A stretch of 42,917 nt of DNA from Catajapyx aquilonaris (GCA_000934665.2 KZ539041.1:62001-104917), one strand, 5' to 3'; counted from the stretch's first letter, positions 12,312-26,639 are shown. A program made the numbers and translations. The notes: generated from the sequence alone by a model not told the origin.

Positions 12312-15300
12312 GCCTGGTGATACTACGATTTGTACAATATTTCCCACTGCCTTTCCAGATGTGGAACAAGCAAGTGTTACTCTGGATTTGCATGCAAACA
12401 TGAAACATTTCGCCTTTGCCATATAAACCTTTCGGAATGAACATCGTGTGACAAGCATTTTACATTCTCACCTGCCTGAGAAAGGAAAAAAAGACACGAA
12501 ACAGGCTTATCTGGCTGTATGCTGACATATCCTCACACCTGCTTGCTCTTGCTTCTATTGATATGTAGCACCTGCTTTCTTCCTGCCTGTTCAAGTGGCA
12601 TCATTTTTCTTAAAGAATCAACCACCACGTAAAAACATAGAAGTAACTTCGTTAAACATGTGTTTGGTCACCATATCATATAACCTTTTTTGGAAAGCAG
12701 AGAGGATGGAGGGTAGGGGCAGGGGATGGTGATTTGTCCCACCCAGTGTGGATGTGAAAAAAATAGTCCTTTTCCAACGTCTTCGTTTTATCAAGTTAGA
12801 AAAAGGGGTAAAAACTAGCTCGACCACAGGTAAAAAGACAATTGATGACGTCCCCCTGCTGAACGTAATTGGGCCTCTGTTTCACTTAGTTTCAAAGAGC
12901 GATATATCCAATTACCAAGCCATAGATTAGGTCAAGCCCACGCCAGTTCTACTCGTGAGCCATACGATTTGGTTGATAGCGTTTAATGGCGTGATACTGA
13001 GAGAGCGAGAGAAAAAAAAAAGTTTGTAATTTTTCCCACCTTACTGTAATGTCGCAATATTCCTCATAAAACTGGAGAGTAATTATTGGGGCCCATAAAT
13101 TTGAAAAAATATGACATGTCGAATATTGTATTAGGAGGCTAGATCGCAGGGGTAGGTGAAGTGCATCTCCTGAACCAGTGAAGTGCGAAACGACCTCACA
13201 GCAGGGAAGGAAGTAAAATATAATAAATCCCAGGTCAAAAGTTAGGCTCGTAATTCATCCGCTAGGAAACAATATTTCGAGCAGGTTAAATTAAAACCAA
13301 GCTCAACTCATCTTATTTACCTGGGCGTGTTTCATAATATTGACTCGTATGAAGGCACGACCACATTTGTCACAGCAGGACACGAGTTTGGAAGGGGGGT
13401 TGGGGGGGGGGGGNCCCCCACACACATCATCCCATGACCATTTTAGGACATCCTAGTGCGCACATGTAAAAAACCGCGGGATACGTCGCACTTATACACG
13501 AAAGGGTGAAGCACCATTCTGTGCCCACCAGAAAATGATATTGCGTGCAGATTTTTTTTTTTTTAGGTGGAGGGGTTGAATGAGGGTGTGTTGGCGAGTA
13601 TGTAGTAATAATGGAAGGAGTCACATTTGTGATACCTGTTTTCCTGTGGTGTAGTCAAACGGCCTAGTATATATAGTGCGCTTATATAGAGTTAGTTGGA
13701 ATGCACAAGCCCCTTCCTAAGAAATGCTAATATGCCCATATACATTCAAGGGGAAGCCCTTTGAGTTTTTTGGGCGACTCGCCCACATCTTTTCTACCAT
13801 TCCTGTGTTGTCAAAGGACTTGGCTGTACCACCACCACTTTCATACCAAGGTTGAACACTTTTCTTGCAATCTTTTCGCACATATTGGCTGGTCATGCAT
13901 AGAGATGATTCAGCATCCTCTTCCTCCACTTGCAGTTATGTGGTATTAGCATGGCTCAGGGAGCAGACATTGAATGGGTGTATCCAGTTCCCAAGGCCAT
14001 GGTGCCAATAACCACTTTATACCAAGGTCAGCTCCAGGGGTCGTGACCTCCCCAAGAGTTATCACGAACTCTGGCGACCTACGTGTGCTTAATTTGTCCT
14101 CAAATGACCACTCATCCCATCATCCACTTTTGTGTTTGAAATAGTCGCGTGCCTGGAATGCTTGCTATAACTCGCCCATCATCAATCTGTCTTTTTATAA
14201 GCCTGCTTGAGACGGAAGAAGGATCATTGTTCTCAAGTCTAGTCTTCGCCTGCAGGAATTATGTCACAATGAAAAACAGTAATCAATAGGAAAAGTGTTC
14301 CCTGGTGGCTTGTCCTCATCCGTGTGCTGGTACAGGGTCATTAAAACAGATTTATTGATAAACAGGACCGTTGCGTTAATATGACGTTGATTCTTGGCCT
14401 GGAAATGTACGCTGAATAGAGGGCTGGATTTTATGAATATGTTGCTAGCATTTGCATTTTTATTTATTTATTGTTCCTCGCGGGCAAGAATGATGTTTAT
14501 CGGTTGATTCGTCCCACACACCATGGAGGTGGAAACAATGGCATCCGTTGTTTTTTTCAAGCCGGGCAATCGGAAACACATACTTTACTAGGGGACACAT
14601 TGTTCTGCCACGTTGGTAGGGGAAAAAATGGGCCGCTTTGTTTCCCGGTGCGTAAATGACGTTTTCATGCCGAGTGTAAAGGTAATTATTATTCCTTCTA
14701 CTTTGCCTCATTCACAAGCGGTGAACGGGTCACTCAACTCGGGTCCTTCGGGTCAACCCCTGATGTCCTAGATGCACACAATTCGTTGGACCGAAACGAA
14801 CATTCAATTTTTCTTACCAACCCGTTTGCAAATTCACTCTTGCGTTCATTAGTGATACACTTTGTATTCAAAAGTACCGTACCTCCTCCCTCCCATCTAT
14901 TTGTGACTCTGGGCGTGAATTCAACATGGCCGCCAACTTCCTTCCCGAGCACACGCCGCCTTCCTTGTTTACAGAGGCAAAAGCTGCTAATTCGCTCTTT
15001 GGCCATGCAGCTCAGGAAGGAAGGAAGGAAGGAGACAGCCATTGGCATGCAGCTCATTTTGGAAGCAACCAAGCCTTCCGACTCACTAATTAGCCTCCCC
15101 GCCTCTCATGACGGACCCGGATTATTAATCCGAGACGCCACCGCCCGACGCCGCCACCTATGCCCTCCATTTTAGGCCACCCTGTGTGTGCTTCTGCATA
15201 TGTACACAATTTTTGCTGCAAGGGGCATTTTGAGTGGCGCTCCCTCAGTTTAGAAGACACCTTTACAACTAGGGTGGGGATAGGTATGTCACAGTACTAA

Positions 15301-15789
15301 ATTTCGCCACTGGGCAAGCAAGTTACACCCTATTAGGTCACATTATCACACTAGGATTATTATAAGGGAGCCATACCTTTTCTCCCTCGTCTAGGAGAGG
15401 AAAAAATGGGCTAGACTGCGGCTTTCTTTTCCTTGTGCAGCGACAGGCGAGCGAAAGAATAAAAAAGGGACGAAAAAAGGGGGGGCCCTTGAGCTTATCG
15501 AGTCCCCATCGGCCCTCGTCAAATTTGAATTCCACACACCCTCTGACCCTAACTCTTGGCCCTGGCGCAGCCACTTCATCAGGGGCCAGCAGGTCCCAAA
15601 CTTGAGAGTTGGGGAGGAGGAAGGTTGAGGGACTTGCGGGGTGCACACACACACACACACGCCCACATATATAAAAAGACTAGATCTTCAAGGGCATTGC
15701 TTCAACTTTTCTAACCGTATACTGCTTCTGGCTGATTTTTTTTTGGTGGGATGACACTTGTAGGAATGAGGATGAAACTTGGTGTAGTG

Positions 15790-16075
15790 GCCGAATTAAC
15801 TCTCTTAATGGAATTTTCCCCTAAGTTGTAAATGACCGCGTCACTTAGGGTTACTTTACCGCAACATTACGCACCACAGAAATTCTACCCCTTCTCTGGC
15901 AGCACCCACATAAATTGTTTTGTCACAAGCAGACCTGGGTCCTTTTACCCTTTTCCTGAACTGGAAATTATTCTCCCCTTCCTTTGCCTCATTCTTTCTG
16001 TCGGGACACACCTTGAGGTACAACCATGGAGCTATCTTATACCTCCATGGGTGCAACCCTCAGACTGCTTCTAGA
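15790..16075 (-). pseudogene. Possible relic of a Mutator-like transposase C-terminus
   Basis: Minus-strand fragments CTHGG, LHG, KVCPD/CDKTIYVG and DAVIYNLG resemble, in order, C.HG.TQN.NES.H..IW..CPK..FVG.....DAV..FN.G. Multiple frameshifts are required. Confidence 0.3.
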
Positions 16076-19000
16076 CATCCAACCTTCCCAGGCCATCTGT
16101 TTTTTTATTCTTCTTCTTCTTCTTTCCAAGGGAGCTGGAAAAGGGAAGATCGTCTTATTTTTGGGGGTCTTTGGGTTGCTCGGTTGGGGGGATAAAGAAT
16201 GGGGAGGGTTGGCTCGTCCAAATGGTAAAAGGGTTTTTTTTTAATTTGATTTTTTCAAGGTTGAACCCATGGAAGAATTTCTGGAGCCAACCTCCCCAAC
16301 ATTTCACTCCCTCCCCATCACTTCCAAATCCTTTGTTGTTTGTTTTGTACAGCGGAACACATAAGTCATTAGGGTGACATTTTCGTAACGTGAAGGAAGT
16401 CAACAAACATGGTCATTATTCATCCTATCATTATTTTCATGCATCGGACGCTTCAAAGGACAAATATCTCGCTTAGCCTCATATGTCATTCCATTAATCT
16501 CTCACACACCACTGTTTCATTCTGTGATTTGATTCTTGCCCAACAATTGGTGCTCTCATTCTAACCAGGACAGAAAGGTGTTTCCTCTGGGTGTAAAACT
16601 ACAAGATAAACCCCTGCCACGTGTCAGTGGTGAACAGGTGTGGTAAGGGGATAACTTTCACCACAGGAGTCTTTGTCCAGTGGCGGTCAGAAATTTCGGG
16701 CTCCTTTTCAAATGGTGGCCCAAAAGTACGCTGCTGGGACTGGCATCACTCCAGAGGTTCAGGTTAACCAAAAAAGATCCTTAACGACACAGGTGGGGTC
16801 CGTCCGAGGTGGATAGTAATGTCCAAAAGGGACAACGCACTTTCCACTTTGGAAGGTGATGTCACTTTTTTTTAATAGTCTGGTTGTGAACTGTGAAAAG
16901 CTTTTTCGTGTTGAATAATAAACCACTGCACGTAAACATTGTTGGGTGGAGTACCGTGTGCGGGAATAAGAATGGTGGTCGAGCAAAAAAAAAAAAAAGA
17001 CAGATGGACGCCGTGTTCCTCACGCCGTGAGTTATATTATGTCTCATTTGAAATACAGATTGATCAGTAACGGGGGTTGTGTGAAGGTTTGTCTCTGTTG
17101 CCTGGGCGTGAAGAAACTTGCTAGTGTGGCATTGTCATATTCTATGGATGCATGATTGGGAGCCCCCACCATTTTATACTGCGCCAACCTATTCCTGACA
17201 CCAATTCCATATTTCTATTTTAAGATAGGCCTTCCTTTTTATTGAATGGGTCACTCAACGGCGAGACAAGTTTTGTGACGTTACTTAGCTACGTAAGCTG
17301 TAATTTTCCTGCCTGCCGTTGCTCGATAATTTCCGCATTAGACCCCCACCAACCCCACCCCAACAGCTCCTTTCCTTCCACATAGTGTTTAGCGTGGTCA
17401 GCTTCGACATTGACGTCATTCAAATGAAGCTTCAGTCGACTAAGGCTTATGACCTGTGTAGACTAACCTTATTTCGTTCTGACGCGCCTGATGTTAACCT
17501 TCGCCCTCCTAAATACCAGCATACCAATTTACATTCAGCTGAATGCACAAATAAGTCGTAAAATATACAGTGCATACTCAAAATGCTAATCGTATGTGCT
17601 GGATGGGGAACACAATGGCTGCAGGTCGTAGTGTATAGGCCTCTAGAGGGTGTTGCAACTTATTGTGAGGATTCGTTATCAAGGGTTTGGCACTTAGTTG
17701 TTTTTTTTATTGAGCAGTTGCGGTTATTTTTCAGGGATTCAAAAGTATTAGTTATATGTAGAATATTGCATGAATGTTGCAAGTGTGTAAAAAGCACTGT
17801 AAAAATAACTTCAATTAAGTCAGCGAAAATAATGCTTCTTGCTCAACCTCGTTAGTCCATTATTAGATATTTTTACTGTCCTTGTACTGGCATTATTAAT
17901 ATATTGCTTAATGAAAAGGAGCTTAGGGCCAAAATAATTATTTTAACAAAACGAATGAAGCCGGTGGAATTTAAAAAAACTTTACATGTACTAAGTAGGA
18001 CAAAAATTGCGATAATAGCTAAAAACGTTTAGGTTAGCAGATTGAACTGGGAGAACTTTTCAAAAATCAATTAACTTATTGGCCGTTCTTTAGAAAACAG
18101 TTTTTTGAAAAAATTTCTGCCCTGCCAGATGTAGCTGCAACTTTTGCTAGTCATATGATTTCAACCAATGGCAGACACCAAGACGTCTTGGCTGCTTCCA
18201 GTTGATTTGGAACGTGTAACCAACAGTGATGCCATATTGCCATTCAACCAACAATCATCCACCGTTTCTCTCAATAACAATTCAAAATCCTCATGTCCCT
18301 CCCACTACACTCGAATGTTTGAAATCATCAATGTACCAATCAAAAGATTGAAAAATACTCCCAAATTAATTACAATAATGCAACGTTGAGGAGAGGGTTA
18401 AAACTAGTGGATTCTCCCCATGGGTAACCTCCTCCTCTTTTTTTTTGGAGGGGGGTGGGGGGGGACCGGAGGCAAAAAGCACTCCATCACGTCTCTTATG
18501 GCTTCTCCTCCTTCTCATTCCCCCATCCTTTACCTCTCTCGAGCCAGCTTCCTTTTTTGCATTCCACCTGCCTCCATCCCTTTGGCCCCCCTCTTCAGTA
18601 CCACCAACCCAACCACCATCTAAAAACCTCTGTGGAAATCCGATTTCCATGCTTCAATTTCACCAAAAATCTTTTGCCGACCCCCAACTTTTAGGAACCC
18701 ACGTGCTATGAACTTATAAAAAAAATTTAAAAGCAGAAAAAAATGACAACAAAAGGCACGATGATGAAAGGTTGCACATGCCTAGGCATTGCGACTAATA
18801 AAAAAGACCGCCCTGATTTACCCAGGTAGGCTTGAAGATTGGTCCACAATAATAGGGCTTGTTCAAAGCCATGTCTTAATACGCCGATGTATGACGCTGC
18901 AACTTTTTTAGGATCTTCAGTAAGATGGGGAAATATATAGGCAACGTGGCAGATGGAAGATTGGGCAACCAGGCCCCTGCCCCCTGGCCCCAGGTATGAG

Positions 19001-19289
19001 GTTGGCCTTGGTTTGGGACGACAGGTGAATGCGCCTGCCTACCTGCCACGGGATGAAATGGAATGGGGGATGCAGCGAGCCAACCCTATCAACTCAGGCC
19101 CCTATTCTCTTCATTCCTTATATATTTTTTTTGGTAAGGGGTGGCCAACTTTGGTTGTGACTGTGGGTTGGGATATGGCTAAATAATAGGCTGCATTGCT
19201 ATTTTGCGGGGTGTAACTATAGGTCTATAAAAACACTCATATAATCGGGGAAAATCTTCATAATATGCGCTCTGTCTACAAAGCGACTA

Positions 19290-20290
19290 ATTACACTGTT
19301 CATACAGCGTGTGAGATGGTGAGACACTTGGTAGCAGAGTTAAGCACCTGGTAATGATGGTACAAAATTAGGCCAGGATTTTTTTTTCTGGGATGGTAAT
19401 CACCTCAAGTGTATACCACGTGTCGTCCCCCCATTGACATTGACATAAAGGTGTCCTCTCAATGGTATGGGAATCAGGATTTGCCCTCACATATCTGTCC
19501 CATGCCCTCAGTGATTTCGACATCGGTGGTCATTGATACAGTCGAAGTCGAGGAAGGTGGAATTTCAAACACGAGTCTAGGCCTTTCTAAAAATAAGTCT
19601 GGATATATCCGTTCTTTGACCTCTCTGACACCAATGTCGAACACTGATCGGTGCACAAAGCCAGCTAGCTGTGAGCTTCCAAACCTGTAGCCATAAGTGG
19701 GGAGGTGATATAATAACCGAATTCAAGAGCGTGGGTTGGTGCCCCAACACTAACCTCATATCGGTCTAATCTGCAGGTTTGGGGTCAAAATACTTTTAGA
19801 CATTTCTAGCTACTGTATAGCCTATCGCTTCAAATGGACTGATAAGAGTCTTTTCTGTCTGTCTCCAGGTTTGGGTCGCCTGTCTGAGTGCAGCAGCTAT
19901 ATGGCCCAAGACTATCTTCACCTCAGGTAAGTCCAGAAATAGTCACGTCACAGGTATTTCAGCAGGTCACTTGATATGTTCAAAATTGGCTACCAAATTT
20001 TGATACGCCCCAGCCTGGAATAATATCCAAGCCCGGTTTGTAATAGGGTCCTGTCCGGAGCTGTTAGGACCAGTGTGATTAGGCCCAGGGCTGTGATGTT
20101 ATCATCTCAAGTGCGAACTGACTGATCAATTGGCCGAGCATCGTCTTAATGAGCCCCGCACGCACTGACATCTCATCAAGGTTCTCATTAAAACGGCCCC
20201 CACCTACACTTTGCAAAGTCTCAATGTCATCGGTAATGAACTTCTTGGCCCATTCCACAACTGTGCCTCCATCATTAATGTCCAATTACT
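19290..20290 (-). mobile_element. Highly decayed LINE ORF2 fragment (APE endonuclease to start of RT)
   Basis: Minus-strand motifs occur in the expected order across frameshifts: VGGGRFNENLD (cf. GGDFN), GQLISQF, LDII, SSD..IPV (cf. SDHxPV), EITEGMGQICEGKS (cf. EI..AI..LK.GKSPG), WYTLEVITIPEKK (cf. W..A.V..IPK), NF..VLNSATKCLT (cf. NYRPISLLN..YK.L). Confidence 0.55.
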
Positions 20291-21436
20291 CGCGGGGGTT
20301 TTATAGTGTTATTAGCACCGCCACTAACCCCTTTTTCCCCTATGGGCAAGACACTTCAAGTACAGTACCTCATGTTACATACTGTCTGCACGACCGGATT
20401 TTCTTAGGCGGAAGCATATGTAACTAATTTAATTACTAGCCAATATTTGTATTAACAGGGGGGTCGTAAAGAAAGAACGGTGTTTTCGTTTTCTCGCACC
20501 GGAAAGTCGTTAAGAAACGGATGAATATTTCACAGGTGTGGCGGACCAATCACGACAATGCTGGTTCTCCCACATGACACTTAACGACATTATGTGTCCC
20601 CCCACATGTCGATAAATCAAGGGCAAATTAGTGCCGGCAACCTCGTGCGACTCAAATTGTTCACGGTTTATGATAGACATTTAGTGATAGTCATCGCCAG
20701 TTTTTCACGGGGGGGATCTTGATGGAATTCAACTTGGAAGTTGGTTTTTTTTCTGGGAAGTGGGAGGGGGGAGGTCCACAATAATTGTGGGCCACTTATT
20801 TTACTTTATGTTCGGACCTGTGATAACATTTTCAGCTAGGCCTTTACATTTCGTGAAATAAACTATTTTCTACGGTCTATTATGCTTGAGTTATGAGAAA
20901 AGGCTATAGCCGTATCACACAAAGTAAGGCACCAAAAAACGCTAATCTTTTTATTGTAACTTGTGTTGTACATCGTATAGAGACTATCTTTGGATCTTTC
21001 AGCAGGGCCTACAAAAAAAACAATGAGCTTTCCCTAGAGGGCTGTAATGATAATTGCTGAAATCATGCAACACATCATCAAATCTGCGGTGATAGATGAA
21101 CTTTTGATTAACGCATGACTCTACTTTCCATCAGATATTATATGTACTTTTTGTACACCATATTGAGCTCTGTAGTTGAAATTGTGCAGTGTAACATTTC
21201 ACTGTTAATGGAGTGCTAAACAAATACTTAGCCCCAGTTATTTTCAATTACAAGTGAGGGATTTCCCTACAGTGCACGAATTTATGTGCATTGCTATCAT
21301 TTCCACTAATCACGTGCTATTGTCTATGCCACGATTAACTCTGGAACATGCCTGTTGACAATCATACTTACAATATACTGTCCAGAGTCATGCACGAATT
21401 ATATTTGATACAACATATAGGTTTTGTATACAATTT

Positions 21437-21461
21437 TGTGTGTGTGTGTGTGTGTGTGTGT
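21437..21461. repeat. (TG)n microsatellite
   Basis: Run of TG dinucleotides. Confidence 0.95.
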
Positions 21462-23234
21462 ACTGGTGATAACTTGTCCCAGGGCAACACCTGGGGGAAG
21501 TTTCCCTCCAGAAAGTTCTTCCATTGCTGCCCGAAAAGAGGTTGAGGGCCCTCTTTGGCCGTGGGAAGAAAGACCAACCAGTTAACCCCTTTGGCAGACT
21601 GGTTTCGGTCACGAAAGCCTCTCTTCCAGCAACCTAGACCAGAATACCCAATGAATTTGCGATACGGAACAACACTCTATAATTGTCGCCAGGAAAGAAG
21701 AGAGAATTGGGGGAGAGGGAGGGGGGTCGTAGGCTGTTTCGTATAGGGATTTATAGACGTCGTTTTTCTGGGCACATTTTATGACTTGTGTTATGTCATG
21801 CAAAGGGGGGGCTAATTTTTTCTGTCACGGAAAGCAGTTCCCACAAGTATGGAGATACAGCTTTATTACAGGCCGTCTTAAGGAGACAGGTCTCGTCAAA
21901 AAATTTGTTGACCGGTTAACATAAGGGAATGCACCTTTTGAAGTGTGATTTCACATTTGCCGCAGCTTTTTTTTAAAAAAGCAGGACCTCAAAAAAAAAA
22001 ATTACAAACCTTGCATACAAAAAAGGCAGGAAACATGCACTGTATAACACTATCATGGCTATTATCAGTGCTCTTCACACGTACTATAAGATGAACAAAA
22101 AAATAATTGAGCGTGATTTTTTGGGGGGTGGAAATTGCAAGATGATAGGTTGATATTTTATATACGTTGTTGCAAAAAAAAAAAATGTCAGTTCCGGACA
22201 CTTGCTTGATTTTGATGATCTATCGTCTTTAAAATAATCAGTGTATGAAACTCGTACCCAAAAATTGCGAAAAAGAGGAATCCGGTCGAATTGAGGCGAA
22301 AAACGAGCAAAACAACCATGTTCGCTGTAATTAAATCCCACGACATTGTTTCTTGTAATAGTCGCCAAGTTGTAAACATATCAGGAGAGCTTTGGTTTGG
22401 TGCGCGTTGGGAATATTAAGCGAAGGTAATTGGCGAACACTTTTGCCTCTGAATCTAACCCTCAGTTTGTTGTAGTAGAGAGAGAGGGGGGGGGGGGAGG
22501 TAGTTGGGGAGGGTTCCCAAATTGCAAGCTGTCAATGCTACAAGTGCAACGCCCCTTATCACAAGGTGTGGTAAAAACGTTTTGGGCCCAACCCACTGCC
22601 CTTGCGGCTTATACCAAATTCAGCAAGAGGGGAACTTTCAATCAAGACAGGTCTTGCAGAAAGCCCTCCTAAAAAGACGGTAATTGTAGGGGAATTAAGT
22701 GGTGCACTATTGTTGTGGGACAGGAAGGTAAATTTTTTAGCACAAGAGGTGGATGTATATATTTTTTTTGTACAAAAAAAAAATACTAAGATTAGATCAA
22801 TACTTGAACGTTCTCAAGAGGAAAGTATATCGTGCCACATAAGATTTCAATTTGGATGATGAGGAAGGCGTCTCAGGAGGGGGCAATTAATGTTATTAAA
22901 AGTAGGGGGGTATATCATTTCGTTAAAATGCGTCTCACATCTAGTGGCTTAGCGGGCAAATCCGGCGGAGAATATTTTTTTGACGTTTGACAAGTATAGG
23001 AGATTTCACTGATTTTAGTAGATATAGATTAATCCTGTAATTAGCGGCTTTATCGTTCCATACATTCTTGAGACGTCACATGGATAAGAAGAGTTCAGGG
23101 TTTTTTTTTTGTACATCTTCACACTAAAAACACGCTTTTGTAAAGCAGGATACATGTGAAAGACAGGCGTCATATGATTTTTTGGGTAGGTTAGGTCAGA
23201 CATTGACTCGCAACTAAATTATACATACTGATTT

Positions 23235-23346
23235 TGGGTGGAATTTTCATCGTACTACTAGTTACTTCTAACTTAGCAGTACCAGTGTAGTGCAATGGTA
23301 CTGCTAAAGTTAGCAGTAACTAGTGATATGACGAAAATTCCACCCA
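23235..23346. mobile_element. Palindromic MITE-like foldback (~50-bp arms)
   Basis: TGGGTGGAATTTTCATCGTACTACTAGTTACTTCTAACTTAGCAGTACCA pairs with TGGTACTGCTAAAGTTAGCAGTAACTAGTGATATGACGAAAATTCCACCCA with a few mismatches. Superfamily and TSD are not clear. Confidence 0.7.
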
Positions 23347-23746
23347 TTGTTCCAAAATTTTGTGTGTATTTAATTTATTGGATTGTACGTTCCAATTAGT
23401 TATGGCAAATGATTTTATCTATACGCACAAAAAATTCAATGAACATTGTTACACAAATGGCTCTCATATTCTAGTACTTACTACGCCCTTGGTTAGTCNC
23501 CCCCCCAAAAAAAAAAGTGAACTTGCAGATAAGCCTTGAAAGGTATAGGTGCAGGTGTCAATCGGAACAATAATTGTCCTCGCCATTGTAGCACACGAAT
23601 ATGCAGATACACATTCTTCAACTCAAGGACACAATCAGGACACGTGAAACATCTTGAATGACTTAACGCCTGCTTACTGACTGTCATTATTTAGCGGGTT
23701 TTGAGTCCCTAATTTTTGGTTACATTCAGATACCAATTGAGAATAA

Positions 23747-23938
23747 AGGCTCATTCACACAGGCCGTTGACGGTTTTGGTTTTAGTTTTGGTTTTGGTTT
23801 TGGACCAATCAGAACGGGCCCTCACATAAACAACGCGTCATAGTTACCGTGAGGGCCCGCTCTGATTGGTCCAAAACCAAAACCAAAACTAAAACCAAAA
23901 CCGTCGACGGCCTNGAGAGAGAGAGAGAGAGAGAGCCT
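23747..23938. mobile_element. Foldback MITE, probably PIF/Harbinger-like, with internal (GGTTTT)n/(AAAACC)n arms
   Basis: Near-perfect inverted repeat across 23761-23913. Outer left end is TAA|AGGCTCATTCACAC; outer right end is ...GAGCCT, but with N+(GA)n in place of the expected GTGTGAAT. Confidence 0.75.
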
Positions 23939-24210
23939 TGTGTATAGGGCAGATGGGTTGGGCAAAGGCACTCTTGCCCACTCAGCTCGTCAGTCGTCTT
24001 TTTGAGGGCCTCTCAGCACCCAGCAAGAATCGAACCCTGCACAAAAGTGATACACAAGGAGTAACCGCAACAACAATGGGTGGTACTGTTGTGACGTGAT
24101 AATGTCCTACTGTCAGTCAGGTGAGACCCTATAGGAGAATCTATTGTTTAATATATGTATTTTAGATAACTAAAAACTGTACATAGACAGTCATATAAAT
24201 GTGTCTATTC

Positions 24211-24282
24211 CATTATCATATTATCCTTATATTACCCTATATTAGCATATTACCTTATATTAGCATATTACCTTATATTACC
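24211..24282. repeat. AT-rich minisatellite of TATTACCTTA / TATTAGCA units
   Basis: Alternating 8-10-bp units: ATATTACCCT ATATTAGC ATATTACCTT ATATTAGC ATATTACCTT ATATTACC. Confidence 0.85.
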
Positions 24283-26639
24283 AAATCATAATTAGCACGT
24301 TGCGTATTGGTATTGACCCATCAGGATATTTTAAAGACGTTGATCAAAAGTTTCTAGGTGTTTCATTGCGTGTAAGTAATGTGACATTTTACATTTTTAC
24401 GATAGGTTTAATTGCTCATCAGGGAACGTAATTAGCCACAGCGCATGACGATGGTAAAAACATTTGGGCTTCTTTTTTTTGGGAAGGGTACCCACAGTTA
24501 GTGTTGGTTGGGAAGAGCCATTTGTTGTTGGTTAGCTGTAGAAAAGTTAAACGCACGAATGAGAGATCAGCTTCATTATTTAGATTTGGTATATTTACCG
24601 TGTAAGTTGCGATGATTAAACCCCCCACCTTGTTTTTATATCCTGGTCGAAGCATGTGTGCTGTACACATTATATTACACGGTAATATATTGCCGTAAAA
24701 ATTTGGGACTCGAAAATCACCTGGCCAGGGTCGTGACCAGATAGAATTTATCATCAAAACAATCCCACTTTGGCATCCCAAAAACGACATACGCACAAAA
24801 AAAGGAAAGTTTCTCGACTGGTCAAACTCGATGGCAAGGTTGTAGAATTGCCAATAAAGAGAAACCGTGGATGAAAAAGGAAACATCCGGTTTTTTTGGG
24901 GGGGGGGAGGGAGACTCTAAATGAGGCCCATTCTGAATTAATGTCATGGCAGTTTATAAACCGCGTATATGCTAACTTCTTCTGAATTGCTAACGAGGGG
25001 TCTTGGCGACACAGTGAGGAAGGTCATGAAGGCGGGGTCGCTCACCCAGATGACCGTCAAGAGACAAATGAATTAATAACATTCAGGCACAACTGCACCT
25101 CCCATTTGTAACCCTCAACGCGACATTCTGTTTTGTTACTTTCTTTTTTCATTTATTTTTTTGCAGAAACACATAACATGCTTGAAAATTCCAACAATGT
25201 TATTAGCACACACATATTGGTACAAAGTTGCAGATCAGTCGTAATAAAGGTGATTTCCTGGACTCTTAAAAGTTTTATAGCTCCCTTAAAAATGTTTACG
25301 AGTTTACGCCTAAGGCATGAAATCTTTATGTCATTTGGAGTTTCCTTTCGACAAGCTCAAGAAATGTCACGAAATCGATAATGAATCCCCAACATAGAAA
25401 ACTTTTTTTCTCCATAAGCACCAGACACGGTGTTGCTTCAAATGGTTATTTCTTCGCACTAAGTATGTAGTAAGCTCTACTAAATGGAAAACAATGAAAG
25501 GAAGGGCCAATGTCCTGCTTATATTTTTCACCTGCTTGGCCCTAGAGTAGCAAGGATCATCTCTTAAAAGCCTGTTTGCCTTGATCCGCCTTCTCAATTT
25601 ACCCTCGCCTCCAGCCACCCCCCCCTTAACCTCAACTATCCTCTTAGCATACCTTGAAACCCCAACCCCTACCCCCAACCCATCTTAAAACCATGGCTTG
25701 ACATCAATGCTTTTCATTTCAGTGGCTGGCAGATTCCTATCTGATGATGTGACTCCAAAGCTGGTTCGACTATGAAGGTATGTGACTATTGCGTTGTATC
25801 GTACCAGTACTTCCTGTTACCGTGAAGCACCTGTGTACTGTTTGTTTTAAAAAAACTGTGATGCAATGTGATTAGATAGTTGTATTATGCGCACATGTAC
25901 AGTCATGACAATAACATTTTATCATTGACTCAGTGCACGTACGGTAGTAAACATTTGACTACATGCACATACTTCATCAATGAGTCGAGGTCTCGAGCCC
26001 AACTGCGCCTAAGAATGCTTAGGGCCCCAGTTATCCGAGGTAATTGGTTTCACTGCGGATAAGTGAAACCAGTTATAATGTTTTTAACATATAACTGTGA
26101 TATGTTTAATATACGAATTATACACCTTCAATCATGAACCAAAAAATTAACACTAAAATAGGATACAGTACTGCACTGCAATTTTTGAAATATTTTGATT
26201 AATATTTATTGAATATTTTCAAACCGCTAATTACGAGGGCTGAAGGGGAATAAATGACCAGATAATCGAAGGCCAGGTACACTTTCCACTAGTTTGAAAA
26301 TTACACGTAGCAATTTAACACAACCTCCTGAAAATACTGCCAACTCGGTTCTTCGTTGAATTGCATGTAAGGCTGAATATTTTTTTTATTATTATAGATT
26401 TATAGTACCCGAAGTTTTCATATAATGTAACATCACCTTTGGAGAGCGGATGGTGAGATTCTCGTGATGTCGTTGATGTTTGATAAAGGGTTTGCAATAC
26501 CTTATTAGGCAATTATCTGAAAGCAGTCTTCACGTCTTTCGACTTAATATATAGTTGCCACCAACGCTTTAATGTCAATCATTGTGACTGCCATTTTTAA
26601 GGTGCCTCTTGCGTTATGTAAGGAGACAAGAGGATTGGC

